A stretch of DNA of 64,000 bases from Malacoraja senta (GCA_038087875.1 CM075978.1:159402001-159466000), one strand, 5' to 3'. Shown: positions 39,447-52,918, numbered from the stretch's first letter. Translations and numbers: made by a program. The notes: generated by a model not told the origin, from the sequence alone.

Positions 39447-39598
39447 CTGCAGTAGCAAAAGTCACAGGCTGTAATCCAGATGAGCCAAATCTTCCCAGTG
39501 CCTTGTTGTCACCACTTCTGCCACCTGTTGTGGTGAAGATTGAAGAAACCATTTCAATGGACCTGTTATCGAATCAGACACCATCTGCAGTCTTTAAA
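39447..39598 (+). CDS. NFAT5: NFAT5 coding exon (both boundaries have in-frame alternatives)
   Basis: poly-T tract + tag|; AAVAKVTGCNPDEPNLPSALLSPLLPPVVVKIEETISMDLLSNQTPSAVFK; weak donor AAA|gtacaa. Confidence 0.85.
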
Positions 39599-41454
39599 GT
39601 ACAATCTTTTGTTTCAACAGTTAGAAATGCATTTTGGGGGTATTTTTCATAAACAAACAGGCTGTGCAGCTTTATATCCTTACAGTATATACTGCCTGTT
39701 ATTGCAATTTTCCGTGATCACCTCTAATGATACTAGTTTCTGTTATTTTTGACTTGATAATCATACATATAATGATTTGTATAATCTTCCATAATTTTTT
39801 TTGTTATTTTATATTTTTAACTTAACAATAGATTCACATTTTAGAGAATTTTTTTTCATTTTTGTGGCAAGTTTGCCATTGTGAGGTTAAAATCATCATC
39901 AGTTAATTTTGATATCTGGCTTCATATGAAGATGTTTTGTCTTCTGACAGCACTGAATCAGAAACAAAGCAATGAAAGTTGGCCATTGTTTGTTATACCA
40001 TTAAGTGAAGTCATGGTTTATCTATTGTCTTAGTCTGTCTTTGCCCATATGATTTATTACCTCTGGTTACAACATTTTTCAAATCTTAGATTTAAGATTA
40101 GCGACACAACTTGAATCATTTACCATTCATGAGAAGTTTCAAACTGTTACCATGATTTGACATGTATAAATGTTTCCTAACCATTCCTAAAAATAATGAT
40201 GTCCCCCTTGAACCTAACCAGTAGATTGCCACCCAGCAAAGATAACGTTTGTCAATCAATCTTATGTCAGCTCCTCAAAATGGGTTTGAAAACTGAAAAA
40301 ACATCACTCCTTAAACTTCTAAAATGAAATGAATACAGCTTTGGTATGTCCAATTTGGCTTCACTTTGCTTTGGTATTATTCAATTAAATCTATGCTACA
40401 CAACCAAAACCAATACATCTTCCTAAGATGTGGTATCCTGAATTGTGCATAATACTCCAAATATGGTCTGATTGGGTCTTATTAAGAGGCAGAATTTCTA
40501 TCCCCTTGTATTCAAGTCCAGAAATATAGAATCTAGTATTCCAACAGGATTCAAAATAAATAATGCGTAGACACAAAATGCTGGAGTAACTCAGTGGGAC
40601 AGGCAGCATTTCTGAAGCGAAGGAATGGGTGACGTTTTGGGTCGATACCCTTTCTCTTCAAATTAAATAATGATGGATATTTGTTACTTTGTAGCGGGGA
40701 CAACTTTCTTGTTTTCACTGAAAATATCTTAATTAACAGTTTTTCATCAGTCCCACGTTATTCCTTAATTTTTTGTCAAATAAAACTAAAACCTGATGGA
40801 TTTAGATATTATGCTTCCAATTTCCTATTTATAGCTTGTAGAGTGTTTTGTTTTTTGTATCCCTCCTTTTATTGCCCCGATAAAGAAAAATAACTTTATA
40901 TTTACCAACCATAAGGTGAAGTCATGGTTATCTGTAAAAGTCAAATTTATTGATGGTTACTAAAGCAAAATACAATAGATGCTGCCAATCTGAAATGACA
41001 ACAGAACATTGTTTAATTATTCAACAGGTCAGGCAGCATCTGTGGAGAAAGGAACAAAATTAGCACTTCAATTTGATTTTATTTCATCATATTATTGTGA
41101 TGAAAAATCGTTAACCTGAAGTAATTAAGCTTCTTTCCACAAATTATATCTTGCCTGTTGAGCATTTCCATCATTTTTGTTTTTTATAATTTTTAGTTTT
41201 GTTCTTTCCCAGGTCTCTTCATTTGTTTATCGCTAATTCCCACTAATCTTCTCAACCTTCGGTTCACTAATTTGCATAGTTGTCCAGTTTATTGTGGACA
41301 ATCTCTGTTAACTTGTCTTGAATGCCTATCTAAATCTGGAATACTAATAATTGTTTGGCACTTTTCCCTTCCCAAACAACAATAACTTGATCAAGTTTTG
41401 TTTTCTACTAGATATATCCAGTTAACTAAATCTTTTCCAGGCCACTAGCATCAT

Positions 41455-42920
41455 AGTTATAGAACATGGAAACAGCTCCTCGGGCCTAATCCATCCATGC
41501 CAACCAAGATGCCTTCCTGAGCTGGTCCCATTTGCATGCATTTGGCTTGTATCGCTCGAAATCTCTCCTATCCACGAAACTCTCCAAATGGCATAAACTT
41601 AGTCATTATACTGCCTCTACTACTTACTCGTAGCTTTTTCTATATACCCACTGTGGAAAAACTTGTCTCTCAGGTCCACTTTCCTCTCACCTTAAACCAA
41701 TGCCCTCCACCCAGGGACATAGACTGTGATATCCACCTTATCTATGCCCCTCATGATTTTATAATTCTTTACAAGGTCACCCCTCAGCCACTTTCACTCC
41801 AGGGAAAACAATCCCAACCTATGCAGTCTTTCCTTGTAACACAAGCCCTCAAGTCTCGGCAACATAGTTGTGAAATTTTACTGTACCTTCTCTAGCATAA
41901 TCATAGTATATTATGACATCTAGAATTGCAGACAATATTCCAGTGGTCTCGCCTATATTTTGTGCAGCTATAACATGACGCTCCCAACTCTTGTACTCAA
42001 TACCCTATTCAGTGATGTCAAGCTTGCCATTCATCCTCCTCACCACTTTTTCTACCCCCATCATCACTTTCAGGCAACTATGTACTTGGACGCCTAGGTC
42101 TCTGTTCTATCACAGTCATCAAGGCCCTGTCATTTATTGGGTATGCCCTGGCCTGATTTAACTTCCCAAAATGCATCACTCCACACATTCCATCTGGTTT
42201 TCCATTGCTAGATTGTGAAGATCGAGATCCTGTAGGTAATGTTTCACACCCTTCTTGGCTGTCTATCACACTATCAATTTTGGTGTTCTCCACAAACATA
42301 TTAATCTTGCCACCTACATTCAAATTCAAATTGTTAATATATGTGACAAACATAGGGGACTCCGTCCGCGCTGATCCCTGCGGCGCAGAACTGGTCACAA
42401 GCCTCTAATCTGAAAACAACCTTCCATTACCACCTTTGACTCCTTCCAACAAGACAGTTTTCCATCTTTTTGGTTAAATCGCCTGGATCCTATGTGATCT
42501 CATCTTCTGGATGAGCCTCCCATGTGGAACTTGTCAAAAACTTTGATGATACCAACCGCCCTGTCCTAACTAATTATCTTGGTCACCTCTTCAAAAAAAG
42601 CCCATCAACCTTGTGAGACACAATTTCCCACATATAAAAAACATGCAGACAATCCCTAGATAGACACAAAATGCAGGAGTAACAGCAGGGCAGGCAGCAT
42701 CTCTGGATAGAAGGAATGGGTGACCCTTCTTCAGATGATCCCTAATCAGTCTTCCCTTTCCAAATGCAGATAAATTCTATCTCTCAGAAACATTTCCACA
42801 ACTGATGTTAGGCTCATTGGTCTATTGTTCCTTGGCTTGCCTTTGCAGCCCTTCTTAAATAAATGCACCACATTTGCTACACTACAATCTTCTAGTACTG
42901 CACCATAAATGAGGAAGATA
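41455..42920 (-). mobile_element. Degenerate CR1 LINE
   Basis: SAPQGS..YINNL..FVENTKI RT remnant; CR1 tail at about 41460. Confidence 0.78.
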
Positions 42921-44245
42921 CAAACATTTCTGCCAAGGCCACATTACTTTGATTCTTTGTGAGCATCTTGTTACAGAAAACTATTCTGGAATCAATGAAG
43001 AAATTCCTGCTTTACTGACGGGGCCATTAAATCTTAAATTCATTTATATTTCTTAATTCTACCATTAATCTGCACTCTCTGCTAATATGTGCTTTATAAA
43101 TTTTATTCACCAAGCATACTTCTTGTATTTCCTGGCATTCATTCACCACCGCTTCCCCTCACTTTAGAACTTAGCTGCAAGACAATTAGGACTGCGAGAT
43201 AAGTTTCAGTAATAGCTTTTGTTTATCCCCAAAATTGAATTTGCATCTGCAATTTTTTTGATTTTTTTCCCCTTTTGAATATAGAATGTTTAAATGGCCC
43301 ATAAACCTCTGCTTTAATGTTTTTTTCAGATGTTTATAATTTCTCATGGTTTAATTACTCTTGCATATTTTAGCTTTCCTTTAATCCGCAATAAAGGGAA
43401 ATGGTTTTCTATTTACCTGCAATAAAGGAATGCCTGATTTCATCTTGTTCCTAGGATTTTTTATTTGTTTGACGAGGCATTCTATCCATGTCACCCCTTA
43501 TTTTATAACAGAGTCTGAAGTCCTCCACAGCTACCACATTGTCCCTCCCTATGTCCCATCCCTTCTGAGCTGTTTCTAGAAAAAGCTATTTGTTTTACAG
43601 TTTAATATGTTTTATCTTCCACCTATATAAAACTCACCACGGTCATCATGTTATGATTCCTCTCTTTGTGCCCCTTTGGGCAATTTCGTATTCCAGGGTG
43701 ATATGGTCAGGATTTTTGTGATCTTTCTGATCGCATTTATTCCAATTGCTATATCAGTTGTACTCAATGCTTAGCTTCAGTTTTATGGATCCATCTTCTG
43801 ATCCCTTAGTCTACACTATCTGCTTAATCATCCTGTTTATTATTCTGGGGAAAATTGTCGAGAGATTTGTTTAACTCCAGCAGCAACACTGCCTACTCAC
43901 CTTCCAACCCCACCCAATTTTACATGCTCACATTCTAACTCAATAAATGAGCCAAAGAGGGATAATGTACTGTGTATGTATTTGATCAGTACATTCATAC
44001 AGTTCACAGGCTTCCATTTACTGTATTTAATTCACACAATGTGTTTTACCATTTCCAAATCTGTTATTGCAAGCTTATTTTTTCATGGTTTCAATTTATC
44101 TTTGCATGTTAGCATGCATTAAATGTCAAGAATATGAAATTCTTCCAATTCTTTATAAAATGGTACACAAGCAGTTTAAGTAAGGTATGGTTATAATCTG
44201 AATATTGCTTTGTTTTAGTTTCTTGTTTTCATTTATTTTATTTAG

Positions 44246-46694
44246 AATCAAGAGATGGGAGCTGGACAGCAGTCGTTAGAAATCTCTTCAAACATCACAA
44301 CTGGGACTTCATTCTCTGGATCTGCCTCAAGGCAAGGAGGAGACAGTGATCAGCACCAACAAATTGAATCAAATGTGTTTCCAAGCACAGATGACTTATC
44401 TGCCATACGGAAGCAAGACATTTCTCAGCCATGTACATTTCAAGCATCAAAATGTACCACCCAGGTTCAGAGTAATGAAGGCTTGCTTCAGCAATCATCC
44501 CAGTTTCACAATACTGGCTTATTGTTAGATTCAAGAGAAGTACAACCAAGAGACATTTTGCAGTCAGATGTATCCTTATCCCAAATGCCCGAGTCATCAC
44601 TGCAACAGCAACAGAAGCAACAGCAGTCGCAGACCCAGGCACTCCAAGAACATTCACCCAATATTTTCCAACAGAGCAGCAATGCATCACAGTTGCAAAA
44701 TGCTTTGCAGTCTATGCAATCAGGAAACTTTCAGACAAATTCTGAAAATGCCTTAAGTGGCAATGTAAGTCTTGTTCAACGGACTTTGGAGGCGACTCAG
44801 CAACAGTTGGCCTCCGTTTTATTTACTGGATCCAGCCCGTCTGAGACGATGCAGCAACCTGTGGAACAGGTGCAAGAGCAAATGAACGCAGGGATGTTCC
44901 ACCAAGTAAGTGCAATGCAGAGCAATCTCCCCCGAGATCTGTTCTCAAATTCAGATAACTCATCTCTCCCTAGATCTGACAATGTTCTTTCTGGACCTGA
45001 GGATTCATTGTCAAATCAACAAGTGTTGGAATCCTCAACAAACATGATGTTGGGAATGCAACAGAACATTTGTCAAGGATCAGGACAACTGCAGTCAGAT
45101 TTGTACCAATCCTCTTTAAATGGAAGCCTCCAACAATCTGATATCTTTCAGCAAACTTCTCATGTTCTGTCTATTCAAACCAGTGATGGAAACCAACATC
45201 AGATACCGCACAGCGGATTGTTTTCACCCACTACAACAGTAGCTGGGAATGAAAATGCAGGAAATCCACAGCAGCAAACATCTTCATCAGGTATCTTTCA
45301 GTGCTCTAATTCTATGGTTGCTGTGGAGGACACATCAGTGCAGCCTAATCAGAGGCAAACGGATATGTTTGAATCTATTGTGCAGTTGCAGCAGAGTGGA
45401 GAGAATCAGCCTCAAGTAACTTTATTTTCAAATGCAGATGGCATTATCCATGTTAAAACTGGTGGCTCATCACAACCAACTGGGATTTTTCAGCAGAGTG
45501 GAGAAATGATGTCCAGTCAACCTGGAAACTTCCTTCAGCAATCCCATCCATCGTCAGAACTATTCCATCCACAAAATTCCCTAAATCAAGTACAAAGTGC
45601 AGGTCATTCACAGTCTGGGCTTTTCCACTGCCCTAACACTGTTCTGCAACATCAGAATACTGCTGCTTCCCAAGACCAAGTGCAGTCAGCATTATTTCAT
45701 TCTCAAGGCTCTTTGGCAGTTCTCCAAGGCTCGTCAATCGCCCAAGATCAGCAACAGGGCACTCTTTTTCTTTCCCCAAACTCTTTGCCTTCTCTTCAAA
45801 ATAACAACATTTCACAAGAAAAACAAGTCAGCTTTTATTCACCACAGAGCACAATTCCAACACTCCAGAATTCAGGAAACCCAGAGCAACAATCTGTGAA
45901 TGTCTTTCAGACCCAGGCACAAATATCTCAGATTCAGAATAACATGATTGCTCAAGAACAGCAACAACAGCAGCAGAACCTTTTTCAACATCAAGTGGCC
46001 TTATCCTCTTCCCAAACTAACACTTCCCCCCAAAATCAGCAAGCATCTATCTACCAGACCCAACATTCAATAGCTGCACTTCACAACAGCCCTTCACCTC
46101 AAGACCAACCTCAGAATGTTCTTTTTAATTCCCAGAATTCAATAAATAACAGCTTAGCTTCCCAGGAACAACAGCAGAACATCCTTTTCAACTCTCAGAA
46201 TTCCATGCCTGCAATGAATACAAATTTAACTTCCCAAGAGCAACAGAACCAAACACTTTTTCATACTCAGCCTAATATGGTGTCAGTTAATCAAGAACAG
46301 CAATCATCCATACAATTCCAAAACCAGACTACGGTTTCTTCACTTCAGAATAATGGGACGTCTCAGGGAGATCAGAAACAGTCGTCAGTTTTTCATGGTC
46401 AGCCTCAAATGCAGCTTGTTCAAAGTTCAGGAGGCACCCAAAATCAGCAAGTGACACTGTTCATATCTCAAAGTTCAATGTCTGCATTACAGAATAACAT
46501 GAATCAACAAGATATACAGCAGTCTAATGTGTTTAATCCTCAAAATAATGTCCCCGTACTTCAAAACAACACATCTGTATCAGGCCAGCAACAAAATACA
46601 CTTTTTCACCCCCATGGGACCATGAATCAGCTTCAGAATTCACCTACGTCAGCACAACAACCAACAGGCTTATATTTGTTTGGAATTCAAAATG
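44246..46694 (+). CDS. NFAT5: NFAT5 giant Q/S/N-rich exon (transactivation / prion-like domain)
   Basis: tttag| acceptor, G|gtaagt donor; 820-aa ORF with QDISQP, QPQVTLFS, QQVTLFISQSSMSALQ, LFGIQN. Confidence 0.96.
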
Positions 46695-46796
46695 GTAAGT
46701 GTAACTTAAATACATGAATGAATTTAAACTATTTGGCTGCCCAAGTTAAATTTTAAAATGTATATTTTACCCAACCCAATTTCAGAAATATAATGT

Positions 46797-47020
46797 ACTG
46801 TAGGAAGGAACTGCAGATGCTGGTTTAAACCAAAGATAGACACAAAACTGGAGTAACTCAGTGGGACAGACAGCATCTCTGGAGAGAAGGAATGGGTGAT
46901 GTTTCGGTTCGAGACCCTTCGAGACTTTCCCATGACTTTCAGTCTGAAGAAGGGTCTCGACCTGAAACATCACCCATTCCTTCTCTCCAGAGATGCTGTC
47001 TGTCCAGCTGAGTTACTTCA
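46797..47020. repeat. Inverted pair of Penelope pseudo-LTR-derived repeats
   Basis: Arm about 46850-46920 is the reverse complement of about 46948-47020. Confidence 0.88.
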
Positions 47021-48208
47021 GAAAGATAACTCTTGAAAATGTAATGTGTTTCTTTATCTTTTTTCCCTCAAGTTGCTGACTTTTGCAGGTGTTGTCGACC
47101 CTCCGTTAGGTTTTCCCAGTGGTTCTTCATCTAACAGTAAAAATACTCTTTGGAACAACATCGCTCTCGAGCTCCATCAGTTCAAAATGAACAGTTTTAT
47201 TTTGTTTGACTTTGTTCTCTTCCTTCTCCACTTCCCAAATCCTACAGAAAGATTTACAACCACCAGCAGGCTGTAACTTCTAACGAGGCAGGCAAACTGC
47301 CCTGAAGAAAGCTGCTGAAAGTGTACAAATAGTGGACTTGCTTATTTCTTAAATTCATTCATCCACTGGCAATATCACTTCCGTAGTCAATACTTATTGC
47401 TCATCCCACCTTGAACTGAGTGTCATTTTCGGCCATATTGGAGGGAAGTCAGAAATTGATCACTTGATGCGGGCCAAAAGTTGCACATAGGACAGACCAA
47501 ATACGGAAGGGAGATTTCCTCCCTGAGGACTTAAATTGGGTTGTACAATAATCCAGTTGTTTCAGGCCGTTCATTACTGACATCTGCTTTTTGATTTAGG
47601 ATTGATTGATTAAACAATTGCAGTCGTGTAACTTGGACTCATGTCTCCAGATTGTTAATCCAATCCACCAGATCACCAATCCAGTAAAATAATCACTCAA
47701 TACCAAAATTAGGCTTTGGTATTCCAAAAAAATTACTTTTTTAATAACTAAGTAAAAATCCTCTCCACTCTGTTTCAAAATGTTCTTATCTACACTGATG
47801 AGTGTATAGGATGATTTACTGAGATTAGAATCATTCCAGCATTCGCAAGGACATCGTCATCACCCATCAGCATTAAGCATATTGAAACATTAGTGATCAG
47901 GTTAATGCAAGAACTTCTATAATAGCAGTGCATCTCCAAAGCTCAGCCTTGGTATCATCCTTCACATATTCAACTCATCCAATCATTGAAAGATATGATC
48001 AGGTGATAAGAGTATAATATTGCTCCTTTTTTGTGCTGTGATCATGGAGAGTAGAGTGGGATCCTCAGGCAGCAGGAGAAACCAGCACGGGGTGTCACCT
48101 GATGTTACTCGGTCTTTACAGTCCAAAATAAAGTCCTTCATCCTGAGAAATACAAATACTAAACTTGAAGAAAGAATCCTGGATTGAACAAAATATCTAA
48201 GTGTTTAT

Positions 48209-48304
48209 AGGTAGACAAAAATGCTGGAGAAACTCGGCAGGTGAGGCAGCATCTATGGAGCGAAGGAAATAGGCGACGTTTCAGGTCGAGACCCTTCTTC
48301 AGTG
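48209..48304 (-). repeat. Penelope-derived repeat with the best-preserved hammerhead core
   Basis: Minus strand 48302-48275: CTGAAGA A GGGTC TC GACCT GAAA CGTC. Confidence 0.75.
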
Positions 48305-48982
48305 GTTTATGTTCTTGCTCATTTGCAGAATTATAGGTTTTGCACTTGCAACTGATAGAAAATTGCTTGAACGTCTCTGATAAGGAAAGGCTTTGCATGT
48401 AGTAATTATTATTTCTGCAAAAAAAAAGTATTCTGTTTTAGAACCCCCAGTAGCAGTCCTAAATCCAGTCAGACCATTGCTTACAAATATTCTCACTCTT
48501 GGAACAATCTGCTGTAGAGTTTCTTGCTACTTTTAAAGTGCATGTGAATGAGAAAGAGAGAGTCATTATTGCAGATTTTCAATATCCTCATAAAATTCAA
48601 AAAAATCCTGCAGTTATTGGAAATCCGAACTCCAGAAATTACTAGAAACACTCAACAAATCAGGCAGCACTGATGGAAAGAAAAACAACGGGAGTTACTG
48701 TTACAGATTGATACCTTTCATCAGATCTAGTTCTGTAACAAACTGGAAAGACTGATGATTACCCTCTCAGCCAGCACCATTACAACTTGTCACTTTCTCT
48801 CTCCTTGTCACGGACATTATCTTTTTTCTCTCTCTGATTAACCCATCTTTGCAACTTTGATTTCTGACTTTTCCTTGTTCCAAAGAGAGGTCATCAACTT
48901 GAATTGTTAACTCCCTTACTGTCTCCACAGGTGCTGCTTGACCTACCGGGTACTCCCAGTATTTTCTGTTTGTGTTTGTAGA

Positions 48983-49366
48983 CATAGAAACATAGAAAAT
49001 AAGTGCAGGAGTAGACCACTCGGCCCTTCGAGCCAGCCCCGCGATTCAATATGATCATGGCTGATCATCCAAAATCAGTACCCCGTTCCTGCTTTCTCCC
49101 CATATCCCTTGAATCCGGTAGCCCTAAGAGCTATATCTAACTCTCTCTTGAAAACTAGTGAATTGGCCTCCACTGCCTTCTGTGGCAGAGAATTCCACAG
49201 ATTCGCAACTCTCCATGTGAAAACATTTTTCCTCATCTGAGTCTGAAATGGCTTGCCCCTTATTCTTAAACTGTGACCCTTGGTTCTGGACTCCCCCAAC
49301 ATCAGGAACATTTTTCCTGCATCTAGCCTGTCCAATCCCTTAAGAATTTTATGTTTCTATAAGATC
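48983..49366 (-). mobile_element. CR1 3' fragment
   Basis: DRLDAGKMF..NLWNSLPQKAVEA..GYGEKAGTGY; (catagaaa) tail. Confidence 0.9.
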
Positions 49367-49623
49367 AATAGAAATTTGGATCCCGGGGAAGCCAGGAAAT
49401 TAGTTGGGAATATTTAGTTGAAGAAGATCAGCTGTGATCTTTTCAAATTGCAGAACAGTCTCAAAAGCCCTTTTGGCTTATCCTTGCTCCTATTTCGTAT
49501 GTAATTTAATACTATTAAGGTTCTTCTTTTGGAAATGTTTTCACATCCTAAGGTGCAGAAATGTAACAATAGCATTTATTACACAAAGAAGTATACTCAG
49601 GTTTTTGTGTTTTTTAAATACAG

Positions 49624-49889
49624 ATTGCGGACAATTGATGAGCATAACAAATTTGTCTCAGCAATGCTCAACTGGACCATCTTTGTCTGATCAGCTGCTT
49701 GTGATAAACCAGTCGGGGCAAGCGCAGGCCGAAGGACAAGCTGTTTCTCCACTTCTCTCACAGCAGATGGCTGACACGAGGCAACTATCATCTACCATTC
49801 CTGTTGAACAGAACATGGAAAAAATTGATGACATCCTTGTCTCATTACAGAACCAGGGAAGAAACATCAGCAGCTCTTTTAATCCATAG
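49624..49889 (+). CDS. NFAT5: NFAT5 last coding exon
   Basis: tacag| acceptor; DCGQLM...LSDQLLVINQSGQ...LLSQQM...QNMEKIDDILVSLQNQGRNISSSFNP*; TAG directly followed by gtagga donor. Confidence 0.94.
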
Positions 49890-50199
49890 GTAGGACAAAT
49901 TTGGATACTGTATAGAGGCACTTTGCATGACCTGGTCATGAATAAATAAAAGCTTTATTTTAGCCTCAGCCTTGAATTATAAATCAGGTATGTACTTGCA
50001 GGTATAACATTTCACCTTTCCTGATTGCCTATTTTCATGACTTAAATGAACAGAGAGTTCCAGATCATGACCAGTTTTGTATTTAAAAAAAGGGCTTTCC
50101 TTGCATCTGCAGAATGTTTGCCTCTCAATTTAAATCTGTGCCCCCATATTCTTCAATCATCTGCAAAGGAGAACCCTTTACTTCTGTTCATCCCATCGA

Positions 50200-50640
50200 A
50201 ACGTTCTCCCTGTGGATTTTCTCCAGGTGCTCTGGTTTTCTCCCACATTTAATAGGAATCCAAGGGGTAACTTTTTCACACAAAGGGTGGTGGGTGTATG
50301 GAACAAGCTGCCAGAGGAGGTGGTTGAGGCTTGGACTATCCCATCGTTTAAGAAATAGTTAGACAGGTACATGGATAGGACAGGTTTGGAGGGATATGGA
50401 CCAAGCGCAGGCAAGTGGGACTCGTGTAGCTGGGGAATTGTTGGGCGAGTTGGGCCGAAGGGCTTGTTTCCACACAGTATCACTCTATGACTCTATTCTA
50501 AAGACTTGTAGGTTACTTGGCTTCCAGGGGGAAAATTGTCCCTAGTGTGTAGAAGAAAATTAGAGTACGCGTGACTGCTGGTCGATGTGGACTTGGAGGG
50601 CCGAAGGACCCGTTTCTACGCTATATCTCTAAACTCTAAA
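50200..50640 (+). mobile_element. HE1 SINE with a CR1/HER1 3' fragment (about 50250-50497) nested inside
   Basis: SINE core split by cacaaagggtggtgggtgtatggaac...gggccgaagggcttgtttcc. Confidence 0.7.
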
Positions 50641-51470
50641 TCTTTCATGATCTTGAACTCGTGTATCCAATCTCCCTTCAGCGTCTTTGCTGCAAGGAGA
50701 AAGCAATTTTAGTCATCTTGTCTGTACCATCTTTATGACTTTTAGATCATTACGGAAATGTGGTGATCAAGATTGGAAACACTCTCTATTTGTAGCCCAA
50801 TACTTGTTCAGCTCTGTTCTCCTGTATCCTACTCAAGTACCCTGGATGTCCTGCATTCTACTAACCAGTTTATCAATATGGCTTGTCATTGTCAAAGATG
50901 TAGAAACATGTACATCCAAATGCTCTGTTTGTGCACCCATAGAATAGTTGAATTTTGTAGATATTGTATCATTCTTTCTGACAAAATATATGACTTGGCA
51001 CTTCTCCATATTATATTTATTCTCTCACGTAGCTACTCATTCCACTGGTCTTACTGCTTACCACACCTGCAAGTATATGTGACAATAATAAATAAATACC
51101 AATACTATCTTGCAGTCAGGATAAGCATCTATCTAATATGACTCCATCCTTTCTTATATGGAGCCTATTTCTTATCCATCAAGCCTGCCACTAACCATAT
51201 AGACCTTATTTTGCAAATCAGACTGTTTTGCAGAACCTTATCAGATGCTTTCCGAAATTCCATTTAAACATCCACTGCATTTTCTTTAGTTAATACGAGG
51301 AATAATGTAATCAGATTAGTCAATGAAAATGTGCTTAAAAAAAATATCTTAACTCACTCTCCCTCATTAATTTGATCTTCTCCCAATGCCTATAAATATT
51401 TTCCTGTTAATATTTTTGCTGCGTTTTTAAAAATTGTTTTGACCCTAAAGTTAAACTGAACCAGTCCAAC

Positions 51471-51790
51471 AAAGTAAGCAATGTGGACCTGTGGAAAAGA
51501 ACAAGCCAGGAGCCCATTGACTTACAAATTCGAAGGAGAAAATGGAGTTGGATTGGACATGCTCTCAGGAAACCTGCCACAAACATCACCCCGGCAAGCC
51601 CTGAAATGGCTTTTAAGGAAAAAGGAAAATAGATCGCCCCAGGAACAGCTGGAGAAGAGGTGTCCAGACAGAAATGTCTGGGAGTGTGCTCAACTGGGGA
51701 GATCTCGAAAGAACTGCCAATAACCGAGTGACGTGGAGGACATTTGTCAATGGCCTATGCTCTCGAGAGGAGCAAAGGGCTTAAGAAGAA
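51471..51790 (+). mobile_element. RTE-clade LINE 3' fragment
   Basis: KVSNVDLWKRTSQEPIDLQIRRRKWSWIGHALRKPATNITRQALKW; (AAG)n tail. Confidence 0.78.
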
Positions 51791-52118
51791 GTCCGACGTT
51801 TCCTTGCACCACATTTTGAGCACATTTGTCATTTTACAGTTCTCTAGCACCTTCCATTAGCTTGGGAAGACGGACAAATTATTACCCTTGTTGGTAAGCA
51901 CCATACCCAACATTATTGGGCACATCCATGTCTCCACATTATTTGGTGGGCAACAAATACCACCGAATAGTGTGAAAGCCTATTTAACAGTAGCCAGAAT
52001 GATTCTGTCCTTGACTCCTTCAAGGATATCTTTCTCCTGAGCATTAATTCCTTCCTTAATCAGTACTGTGATACCATCTCCCGTGATTCCTTCCCTTTCC
52101 TTGCTGAACACCTTATAT

Positions 52119-52354
52119 CAGGGGTTCCCAACCTTTTTTCGTCCTGTTTACCTCTGACAACTTTAATTGCACATCACAATGTTATTTCACTTATTTATGA
52201 ACAACTAATGATGAACAGATACCGGTATACCAGAACCAAACACAGTCAGTCAATGAGAAAAAATATGTACAAATCCAGAATCAACATATTTACCCCCTGA
52301 GGAGGCAAAAATTACCCCCTTGGGGGTAAATTTACCGCAGGTTGGGAACCCTTG
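52119..52354. mobile_element. hAT (Charlie-like) MITE
   Basis: TIR CAGGGGTTCCCAACC / GGTTGGGAACCCTTG; perfect 8-bp TSD CCTTATAT (52111-18 / 52355-62). Confidence 0.9.
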
Positions 52355-52611
52355 CCTTATATCCAGGTGCTTAGTGCTGTTTTTGTCCTGAGCCACATTT
52401 CAATGTTTGCGACTACGTTATGTTCCCATACCACCATTTCAGCTTGCATTTATGTATGTTCATTCAGAATGTGACTGTCTTTCTTATATTCTCTTGGGCT
52501 GCAACCATCCAATACTGTACAAGTTTCTGCTCCAATGCTATCTACAGTTTCACTATGCATATTTCTCTTTCCTGTATGGTACTGCCTGTCTACCTGAAAG
52601 TTTAGATCTAA

Positions 52612-52918
52612 AGGGGCTTTCCCACTGTACGAGGTAATTCAAGAGTTCTCCCGAGTTTCCCCTGATTCGAACTCGGAGAATTACGGTAATAGCCGTTTGT
52701 AGGTACTCGGGGCTCTCGTGGACATTTTTCACAGTGCTGAAAAAACTTCACGAGTTACCGTGTTTCCCGAGTACCTGCCGTTAGCATTACGAGCCGCTAC
52801 GAGACATCCACGAGCTCCAACATAGCCGCTTCGTACATTCTACGTACTTACCACGAGTTTGATTTTTTGTTTAACTCGGGAGAGCTCTTGAATTACCTCA
52901 TACAGTGGGACTGGCCCT
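52612..52918. mobile_element. PIF/Harbinger-type MITE
   Basis: TIRs as at 23194; TAA TSD at 52609-11 and 52919-21. Confidence 0.88.

Larger units (their letters stand above)
1607..49889 (+). other. NFAT5: NFAT5/TonEBP gene, coding span in window (11 coding exons; upstream exons lie outside the window)
   Basis: Exon lengths 544,190,191,173,135,56,133,72,152,2449,266 nt; phases chain 1-2-0-2-1-1-0-1-1-0-1-stop into one frame; translation matches NFAT5 motifs throughout. Confidence 0.97.

Noticed and set aside
44255-46717. 820-aa ORF as a stand-alone gene
   Set aside because: It is an internal NFAT5 exon with canonical splice sites and matching phases
49434-49623. N-terminal part of the 151-aa ORF
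   Set aside because: Intronic read-through before the acceptor at 49623
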